Shown here: positions 53,634 to 64,000 of the stretch, piece by piece | Layout: each line of letters opens with the position of its first letter | Position numbering within the stretch: the first letter of the stretch is position 1 | Origin: Thalia democratica | Taxonomy: Eukaryota | NCBI GenBank assembly: GCA_965202585.1 | Contig: OZ241826.1 | Coordinates: 69,688,001 to 69,752,000 of the forward strand | Length of the DNA stretch: 64,000 bases | Direction of reading: 5' to 3' | Position numbers and translations under genes: made by a program | Notes under the pieces: generated by a model | Databases searched by the model: none | The model's input: only the letters and a program-made list of their open reading frames with translations | Told to the model about the DNA's origin: nothing

Positions 53634-56600
53634 CTTAACAGTATTTAGTAAAGTATTGTGCCAAGAACTCTAAAATTTATAGAAAGTTAAACGGTTTCAA
53701 GTCTAAAGTCTAAATAAAAAAAGCTGAAAAAAAAGCTGGGTCAATAAATTTTTTAGCTTTTTTTTTTAATTTTACTCTTACCCCTAACCCATCTTACCTT
53801 TTATTCTTCAAGATTTTATTGTGCAAACTAAGTTTCAGTCAAAGACCTCGTCAGTGCTTAAATAAAAAATCTAAAAAGATATAAAAGTCACGGAAACAGA
53901 CGTTATTAAAAACTAATTTTTACTTAAAAACAAAACAAATTAAATTTTAATCTTAAGGTTTAATTTATGGTAAATTATAAATTTTAGTTAAGTTTCGAAA
54001 TCAGTATAATGATAAAAATGATAATAAGAGTCTATATGTAGGCTTCTTTTTTCTTCTAGTGAGTTTTCAAAATAAACATTGCTTAATAAAAAATGTAGTG
54101 AATAGTAAGTAGTAAATGAGCTTTAAGTTGAGATATATTTTAATTTTTACATACAAAGTAATTAAAAACTGTATGTGGATTTTAGACCATTTCATACGTT
54201 GTAAAATTAAACTAAACATTATATTATTTATTTGTATCGTTAAAAATATTCTAAAATATGATTTTAATTATTTATTTGTGTACTTTGGTAAGTTTTATTT
54301 ATTTTTAACGTATTTTTATTCATAAAAACGAAAGTTAAATTTAAATTACTTTATTTTTCAGCTATGTTTTATAAAATACATATAAAGTTTTGTATTAAAT
54401 TTTTACCATTAAAGTTTCAAATAATGATAATAGTTTCTAATTAAACAGAAAGAAAAATTGCTTTGAAATTAAAGCAAAGCTTTTTTGAATCAGTTTTTTA
54501 AACAAATCAACAGGTTTATCTTTGCTATCTTAAAACTAACAAAGTTTACACTGCTTAAAACAAAACTTAGCGTTAAAACTTTGTTTTACTATAACAGAAC
54601 TAAAATTTCTATTAGTTGAAATTTTTAATTACTAAAGTTGTTGATCTCAATGTTGTTCAATTCACTGTTCATACACGGATAAAAACATGATGTTCTGTTT
54701 GTAGAGTTGTACAACGGAAGCGTATTGGGTCACTATTTTAGAGATAATGGTGAAACAAACCTGCTTTCTTACTACCTTTCATCTCTCAATATTTTAAAAA
54801 GCAAGATTATAAATAGATATAAGTGGTATATAAACTATTTTTATTATATAGATTTTAGCTGACTTTGTCCTAGTTGTAATGTTTTAAAAGTCATACTTTT
54901 TGTTCTACCAAAGTTCTTAAAAACTTTAAACAGAATGCTACATTAAACTTTTAATATACTATTTATTCCACTCCGGTAGATAAGTTCGTTTATAAAATGT
55001 AAACAAAAAATATTATTTCTATTTTGAATAAAGATCAACAAAAATTTAAAGAGGCAAAGTCGATAAAGTAGAATTAACAAATCTAATAGTTATGTTGCAT
55101 TGCAAGGTTTCAAAAATATATTGGAAAAAAACAACTTACAGTGATAAGGTTACTGCAATTTAACTACGTTATAGAGATTTAGTTTATGTCCCACTTTCAA
55201 TTCAATTTATGTCCCACACATAAACACACAGTCCTGAACAAGACGTTAAAAGCTATCCAAGTGGTTTGCGACTCGATAACCGGAAGGTCATTCGTGCACC
55301 AGGTCCTAAAACCAAATATTTTGAGCGATTTTTTTTGTCGTTCATAAAACAATAAAACAAAAGTAAATTTGAATGTTTTTTAGAACTACCAAGCAAAAAA
55401 TTAAACTAGATCGAATGGAAAGTATAACTCATAATTTCCATGAACGTTTTTTATCTTAACAAAAAAAAAAACTAAAATAAAATAAATCAGTATTGTAACA
55501 CTAAATAAATTATTGAGGTATAGGAATTAAAAATAGTAGTTGTATTCTCTAAAAAATCATCTGAATAAACTTACACACTTTTAATATTAATTTCTATAAC
55601 CATCACAACAACTTGTTTTGACAATTTAATTTCTATATTTGATATCTATAAATTTGTATTAGTTTATACCCTAAGCTGTTATTATTAGCATTCTTAGCTA
55701 CATATTATTTGTTAGAATACAATCTGCTATAATACAATTTAATTTGAAGACTGTTCCTAACAAAAGCTCCTAATTAGTTCAAATTAAAGAATAGTAAAAC
55801 ATACTAAATAACACTTATAAATTATAAATGTCTTGATTTCAGCGAGAAACTAAGTGTAGTTTAACTTTAGTATTTACTATTGAATATTTTGAATTAAAAT
55901 TTTAGTTTCTAGTTTAGAACAGTGCATAATTTTCTTATATGTACTTATGCTAGCATTTTTTATTGAAAACTTTATGCAAATTAATTTAAGGTTTCTTTTT
56001 ACAAAATAGTTCTTATGAATTTGCTATGACATCACAATGGTTATTTAATTAAACAATCTAACAGCTGATTTTAAAGGGATCTAGTTCTAAAGTGAAACTA
56101 ACGATTTTGATTTTTCAATTCTGTTAATTTAACAATAATTGTTTAATAGTTTAGTAAGTACAGACATTTATATCTATTAATATATGTAAATTTCTAGCTA
56201 AAAAACAATTTTAGTTTACTAGATTAGCTTCTGTTTTTATTTATTTTATTTTTGAGGCAGCACAGACATCAGGAAATTAGTCTAAAACCACATATGTAAT
56301 TTTTACTAAAAAACTTTAAATGCTAGTTTAATTATCTAAATTAGCATTTTCTGATTTATATTTACGAAAAAGTTATAAAGCTACTAACAAAAAAGATTTA
56401 GTGATAACAAAAAGTTTTCACAACTTTATTCAACTTCTGATAAATAAAAAAAAATACTAAAAAATTACATAAATTTTGAAAGTTTTATTTTCCTGAAGCT
56501 TTAAAAAAATTATTTAAACAGTTTAGAAAGATCAATTTAGAAAAATCCGAAGTGCATAAAAGTTAAAGTTTGTAATGATCAAGTTTGAAATGTTCGGAAG

Positions 56601-57806
56601 TTAGAAATGATCGTCTCCTCGTAAAAAACAGTGGGCATCAATTAATTATAATTAAGCAAAAGTTTATTAAACACCAGTATAAAACAGAAATAATATATAA
56701 ATTTTGTTGTAAATAGTTAAAAGCAAATGTATATATAAAACTTATCTTTTAAAAAATTTTCAGACCCAAAATTTTTATTAACAAAAGTATAAGTTTATTT
56801 ACAAAACTAGATATAAAAGCTTGTTATTTTAGATTTTTTCCAACAACAAGTTTTCAAATGGACGAGGTTTTCAGCGTCGGATTGTGCTCTTAAACTTACA
56901 AGTCTCCTTAAGATTTACTATAAAAAGAAAAGTGAAGAACTTTCTATTTATATATCAAGTTTATGTTATGCAAGGAAAAGTTATAAGTAAAGATGTCTAA
57001 AAAAGCGATACATTGTTTTATAGCTTTAAAATATTAAATTTATTTGAAATAAAACATTCTTATTTATCAGTGTATTAAACTTAATCACACTAATTGTTAC
57101 ACTTAAAACCAAAAACATACAAGAAAAACTCCATAAAAATCCATCTTACATACTTAACCTCTATAAAATTTATTTTGTACTGTACAATTAAGTAATGCTT
57201 AATTACTTTTTATTTTTCATAGATTCTTTTTTATAACTTATCAATTTTTTAAAGTCTTATAATTAGTGTAAATAAACTATTTTTATTTTTTAATATAGTT
57301 TTTTATAACATCTTACTACTTAAAATTTTCGTTCAGCAATTTTGTTTGGTTAAATTTAAAAATCATTTTCAGTCGAAAACCTTCGTCTAATATTTTTATT
57401 TTGCTAGTTTTTAATACTTTTGTTAAGCGTCTATTATCCTATTAAGTAATACGTGTTTTTCGTCTAACAGTTTTTATCGCATAGGCAAAGCATTAAAACT
57501 TTGTAATGATAATCAAAAGGTAAATACCAATCAATTTGAATCTCACCTTAAGTAGCTTGATACACAAAATTTGTTTAGTGTTCTACGACTAAAAAACTTA
57601 GAATTTGTAGCAAGTTAGTGAATGGGTTACATCAATATGAGATGTTAATACAGCTTAGAGACCGTTTGCTATTCTGTATTTGAACATACTATTTTATTGC
57701 TCTACAATACTATAAACATTTTTGAATTATTATTGTTTAGTATAACTAGTGGAGACAATGTCTATGTTGTTAAAGTTGAAATTTCATCAAAAAATGTGGA
57801 AAGACG

Positions 57807-57983
57807 AATTAAAGTTTGTTTAAACGTACATTTCTAAAAAGTAAAGTATTTTAGTTCTTAGTTAGCCTACGTTTCAAAAATACTAATTTAAATACTAATT
57901 TTTAATTAAAGTTTGTTTAAACGTACATTTCTAAAAGGAAATGTATTTTAGTTCATAGTTAGCCTACTTTTCAAAAATACTTA
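57807..57983. repeat. Local tandem duplication (~79-bp unit, period ~97)
   Basis: AATTAAAGTTTGTTTAAACGTACATTTCTAAAA...TTAGCCTAC.TTTCAAAAATACT occurs twice. Confidence 0.8.
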
Positions 57984-58729
57984 TTCAATTATATTTAAAT
58001 GCACCTACTGACATTTTTATTTATGACCATTAAAAGTATTTTTTCAAACATTTTCTACCAGTATTTTTGTATACTGATTTTTTTTCTTTACTAAATAGAT
58101 CTGACATCACTGCTATATAATGTTATTATTATTGGAGTTTATTGTGCGAAGATGGACTGTGTTATATGATATTTTTCTCATTTAAATTTCATACTTTTAC
58201 TACGTAAATTTAATTTGTAAATTACTTTATATAGTTGCTAAAGTTTAAGTAATGCGGCTTATAGACAATGTCTTTACAGAACTAACTTGTTGTTTTATAA
58301 AAACAAATAGTCAACTGTATCTCTCACTAGAAATTACCTTATTAAAATATAAAAAACAAGCAAATATGAAAACAAAATTTATCAGTCTAATGTCTTTGTA
58401 TTTCTAAGCGCTAAACGCAGAGAGCATGATGAACAAAAAAAAGCGAAAAAAGTTTGTAAATAAAGTAACAACAATTAAAATCAACAGTACAAGTTGAAAG
58501 TAACTAAATTAAAAATACTACTAAACGGGAAAACAACAAACAATATAAAGGTGGGTTAAATTCCCTAACCTGGAACTCAATTGCAACTAAACGATTAAAA
58601 AACACATATAAAATAGATCGAAATCAAAAAGTTCAAACCGACGACACGAAATTTAGACACAGCTTCGTCGTATATGAATCAAGTATCAAGCACAGTTTCA
58701 AAGTTTGCTTACATTGTGACGTCACGTGG

Positions 58730-61700
58730 CTACTTCCGGTTGTTAGGCACAGGAAGCGAGCTGCGGCTCTTTCGCACTTTTGGCTGGGCCAGCCGCGATA
58801 TTCTGCCGCTGGCTATCGAGCTTCTGCCGCTTGCTGTGCTGTTGAGCGACTCTGAGCTGCCTCCGAACTGCTTCCCGTTTTTCAGCAAAGGTGAAGCCCC
58901 CAGAGCGATGGTTGACCGCGACGGCGTCATTGACTTCTTGCCGGTAGATGGAGTCCTGGGGGACTTCCCCATGTTGGATGTGGTGAAGGTGGGGCGGGCG
59001 ATGGTGGTGTGACGCTGCCTCGGCGTCTGTTGTTGTGGCGACGGGGTTGCCAGGCTTGTGCGGTTCCGCTTGAACGGAGTCATCGACTGGGTACTCCCCG
59101 AAGGCAGAACCATTTTCTCATATATTTCGTGGTTTGTTCGTCCCTTTGCTGTATAAATTTTTCGTAATAAATAAAATTTACATATATTACATAACTTATA
59201 TAGTTGAAGTCATAATAATGAACCAAGTGATAAATCACCTCTGCAAGGATCGTTTTTGGTAAGAAATTCTTCAAGTGCCTGCCAACCACCCCCGATTCTC
59301 ACCATGACAACTGAGCTGAGCACTCTGACCAGTCGTAGTTGGTGGCCGTCTCCAAACTGAAAATGTGTGAAATTGTTAGTTATATATGAATTTATTTTGG
59401 AAGATTTGTAAGTTTTAACATATAAAAATACTGTGACACCTTATAACAGAGTTTTATCACAACTTTAAAATAACAATTGCGCAGCAAATCATTTAAAACT
59501 TCAATGTTTAATTTCAACATATACATAATAATTAAAAACAAATATACTATAAAAAAACAATGTTTAAAAATTGTAAAACTAAATAACCTTGTAATGAAAC
59601 ATGAGTCCTGATTTTTGGTTCAGATTTTTCGGTTTAACATGAACTCTTTCCACGTAAAATTTCTTACAACATTTGCAAGAAGATACTTGTCTGCAGACCT
59701 GGAAGAAAAAAGTATAATTTAATTTTAATTGACAGAATTCTTAAAACACAAAATAAAGTAAAACTATTCTCTCGATAAACTATATGGTCGACTAGTTAAA
59801 CTTACATTACCTTGTGAAAACTAAAAGTAAAGTAAATAAAAAATAAGAAAAAAAAAACAATGGTTTTAAGCTACATAACGGCTAAAAATAAAACCGAACT
59901 CATTTACATAATCATTTTCGATTTTTCTTGAAAAAATAACTGAACAAACTAACCTCTTCTATAATTTTCTCTACCACCTAAATTAAAAAATATATTAAAA
60001 CTGCTCATTTGACTTTAACATAAAAACTAAAACAACTTTTTCTAACTCATATGTACAACTAAAACTAAAAACATAACTGACTTTATCTTTATTGATTTTA
60101 AAACAAAACTAAATTTTGTTTACATTTATTTTCAACCTAAAACATTCAGAAAAAATGCTATCTAGAACAATACTCTTTCTACTAGATATATAACTAATTG
60201 TAAACTAATTAATGAATTTAAAGTACAAAAAAAAAATTAGTATTAAGCAAAAACTTACTTCATCTTCCACGTATTCATCATCATCGTTGCTGGTCTTTTT
60301 GTTTTTTCCGTTCGGATAAAGTGCAGATATGAACTCGTAATAATCGATGAATCCGTCGCCGTCTCGATCGAAAATGCTGCAAACCCGAGCCATTTCGTCC
60401 CGATTGGTACGGAAGCCTGTGAGAAAAGTTATGAGCTTGTAAAAATAAACTTGATAATCGTCAAAGTAGGGAGTTAAACTGTAAGATTTGAGTTTTTTGT
60501 AGATGAAAAACACAGTTAGTAATAAATTAATGCAAGTTGTAAAATAACATGATTAAAAATATGTCAAGCTGTATAAATTTTTTTCTAAATTTTAGTCGCT
60601 CTTCATTAAAAAACGGTCTTTTAAAAAAGCTATGTGCAATCAGATTTGTTTTTGAAATAAAAACTTCAACCTCCATTGAAAAATAATAAGTTTTTTTTTA
60701 CCTATAAACAACAAACTGTTAGCTGGAAACGTGTTTATTCAAACTTGATTTGATGATGTTCGATGTAAACTGCTCGTGGGTCAACCTGCCGCTCTGATCA
60801 GTGTCCACGGATCTGAACAGATCCATCATCCGCAACTTCCTCTGCTTCTTCCACTTCATGTACCTCTTCCTCCAATCGTCGAAGAACTCCAACTCCGCAG
60901 CCTCCTCCTGTATCGTTTTAAGAAAAACTTTATTGTATTGTTAACAGAATAAAAAGTTTAGTAGATATTATAAGACAAAATATTTTTGGTATGCAGTATA
61001 CGTACACTTTATAATTTCGTGCAAGTGTTTAAGTAAACTAAACTATATTCTAATTGATCTTACTTTTATTTTAGTTGGTTTGTTGTTCGATATTCAATAA
61101 CAAAAAACTAAAATAAAAATATGATCAATTAGAACAAAAGAAAGGTCTCTACCGACCTCTGGCGACATATTTCTTCTCCTGTGCTCCTTCGCATCGTCCA
61201 ACTTCTTCTGTCGCTCAAGTGTGGCGAACCACACCAACTTCCACTGGTCCTGCAACTTCCTCAACTTCATCGACGTTGAGTCGTCGAAATTGTGCGAGTG
61301 AGATATGGATGACGTAGAAGCTGACGACGACGTAGTGGACGCGTTGTCTGTGACATCATTATCAGTTTATGAGTTTGTAACTTTAGTTTTTTTATTAATA
61401 TTTACTCTTACACACACGATTAGCTGTTGTTTTATCTTAAATGAGTTTTTTTTTATTATTATACCTTCATTATTCTAATCTTACCGATGGCTGAGGACAG
61501 ACTGTGGTCGGATTTGTTCCGCTTATTCATCGCCGTTATGACGTCATACTCGTGCTGAGCTTCCGCCAGTTGCTTTTGAAACTCTTTGTGCTCATCGCAA
61601 AGCCTGAAATGACAAGATATGGTTTTGTTTGAGCTGTCTTTATTTGCACGTAGTGACTAATTTAGTAGTTTTCTATTTACATGCTAAATATAAAAATCAA

Positions 61701-64000
61701 TAAAACGCATATATTTCAGTAAGTAATAAAACCAAACAGATACCTGTCCAACTGATCATTTGGAATTCCATCCTGCTCATTGTCTTCTTTTTCCTTCAAA
61801 TCTCTCGCCACATTGTTCAGCCACAGTTGGAACTTCTCCAGTCTCTCAACTTCTTTTCTCATCTCGTCTTTCTCTTGCTTCAGCTTCAGCGACAGATCGC
61901 TGTTCGACTTAGACGCCTGCACCAAATTTGATTCAGATAAATTTTTACCGATTCTAATTAAAAAAGATCTTATTCCAAAATAAAAAAACATAAGAAGCGA
62001 TAATTTTGAGATAAAAATTAAAATTTATCAAGTACATTCTAAAAAGCCTCTAGGTATAGTAGGCTAGTATTAATGATGTATAGTAAAAAATAAAACTTGT
62101 AAATAACAAATTATAAAAAAACAATTTATAAATGCCACATACGTGGTCATAGCAGGTTTCTAACTGAGCGATCATTTCTTGCAACACGGGAATCGCATCA
62201 GGGTGAGAAGTTTCAATCAGCTCTGTTATCTGCTCATTAATTTCGAACAAATTTTCCCGCTCCTTCTCCAACTCTTCTTCGTTCTCCTCCCAAATTGTTT
62301 CTAGTTTCTGTGGAAAAAAGAAAATTTATTCAGCTACAAAAGTCTGCATGCACAAAACTTACAGTACGAAAATGTCTATGTCACAAAAAAAAGAGAATTG
62401 TGTTGCATTTGCATATTTTTGAATAATGAAACTTCAATTAAAATTCTTATAAAAACTGTTTTATGGTTTAAAATATTTTAAAAACTAAGGTAAATATTCT
62501 AAAAACTAATGCATCACTGGACTTAATAAAAAATTATTACAAACTGATATTTTATATAATTGCAATTGCAATGATACTTACCATATGCGGTTTTTTTTTT
62601 CAAAATACTTAACATATTTTTTAAGCTGATTTAATTTGAAGTAAGAAAGTCAATGTATAATAATTAACAACACAAGAACGCATACAAAAAAAAATTAAAC
62701 AATAGTAATTGGAAGACAACTCTTATATTTTGAAACTGTTTTCTTGATTTTTGAGATAAACTAGCAACTTTATTTTCTAATTAAATACAGAAACATTATG
62801 CATTTCAAATTTAATTTAAAATTTTAAAGAACTATTAACTAAGAATTATAAAGCTAATAAATTACAAAAACACGACATTCAGCTTTTATTTGATTTATCA
62901 GTATGCATTGCTCTAAAACTAATTTAATTCAAAACTAAGTATGTACAATTACAGTATAAATTATATACAGCAGAGTCTACAGGGCTTATATTAAAAACTT
63001 CTACAAAAGATGCAATTTTCCAATAGTAGAAAACTTGCATACTGACTGCTAGATAAACTAATAGTTTTTAGATAATTTATTATGATGACAAATTATCAGC
63101 TACGTCACTACATGACGTCATACAACTACGGGTCTCACCGCAGCCAAGTTTTTCATTCCCAGGTCGGCTGGAATGTCTTCGTTTGAGTTCTGATGACGTC
63201 AGTAATTAAAAGCTTGGTGGTACAAAAGTTAAGTACAAAATATTTCATATATAATAAAATAACCAAAATTGAAATGTGCTGAAGCTAAATACTTTTGTCG
63301 ATTAGGATATTAGTTTTAAAATTAAATATTAAGGCGTTAAAATCCGAGAATAAAGTTTTTTCGAAAAAAATTGAAATTGAATTAAACAATTATAGTCTGT
63401 ATTTCGATTTTAATTTACGTAAGGTTTTTTTTTCAGTATGTGTTATATAATGAACAACTTGTAATCGTTTAGTCAAAACTTTAAACAAAATTCCGAACAG
63501 TTCTTACTCTTATAACGTCATCGTTGGGCCTCGAGCTAGTTATTACGTCACAGTGGTTGTCGTTGGTGTTAGTGAAGATGAGCATTCGTTCGACAAACTG
63601 GTCGTATTTGTGCTGCAAGCTCTGCGATTCCAACAAACATTTGTTCAACTTTTCCTGCCGCTGCTTGATGAGCTCTGCTACCACGTCCCATTTATTTGAT
63701 AGACGCTAAACCAAAAAATATAGTTTTCAATGTAACAAATACATCATAGCTTGGCAAATATTAAAACACTAAAAAACAACTTTTAAATTTTTTTTTTAAT
63801 TTAAATATCAAGTCTTAAACTTATTTCAAAAAAATCATCGCAAAAAACAGTAAATAATAAAGACTCTTTTTCGTAAGGACTAAAAAAATATAAACAATTA
63901 CATACATCAACAGTGTCTCGGCACCACTGATCATCTTTCTTGTAATCTTCCTCAACCATGCTCCTCATCTGCTCCAAGTTCTCGCATCTTGTTGTTAGTT
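58730..64000 (-). CDS. MACF1: Spectraplakin (MACF1/dystonin/Shot family) C-terminal exons; gene extends beyond the window end
   Basis: Exons >64000-63906, 63705-63508, 63189-63139, 62307-62143, 61916-61744, 61603-61485, 61347-61157, 60907-60745, 60416-60259, 59698-59588, 59356-59239, 59148-58730. Spectrin repeats, [12 protein letters not shown]-hands (DTDQSGRL; [13 protein letters not shown]), GAR domain ([45 protein letters not shown]) and S/R-rich tail. MACF1 versus DST cannot be distinguished; a tunicate would probably have a single orthologue. Confidence 0.92.

Noticed and set aside
55014-55034. Resemblance to the Ciona spliced-leader sequence (ATTCTATTTGAATAAG)
   Set aside because: Needs three indels, has no following GT donor or Sm site, and is expected by chance in AT-rich DNA.

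Overview
AT-rich, intron-rich eukaryotic DNA. An ascidian/tunicate origin is inferred from minimal introns of 55-75 nt, mosaic CpG depletion and strong TGACGTCA enrichment. All four recognisable genes are on the minus strand. In transcription order: (1) the 3' end of a spectraplakin (MACF1/dystonin family; spectrin repeats, two EF-hands, GAR domain, tail); (2) a complete midasin MDN1/Rea1 gene, hand-assembled into 56 frame-consistent coding exons (~5,123 aa) including one 6,070-nt exon; (3) the last exon of a divergent uS15m/MRPS15-like gene; (4) the first two exons of Notchless (NLE1/Rsa4), the direct binding partner of the midasin MIDAS domain. Introns and spacers hold many non-autonomous DNA transposons and one truncated Penelope-like retroelement with a minimal hammerhead ribozyme. 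Best leads: a composite hAT-type element whose cargo resembles a promoter plus a short first exon in frame with the MDN1 MIDAS exons; loss of the AAA6 P-loop; the giant exon; MDN1-NLE1 linkage; and about half of the MDN1 splice donors reading GTT. Everything was read by eye and no searches were run.
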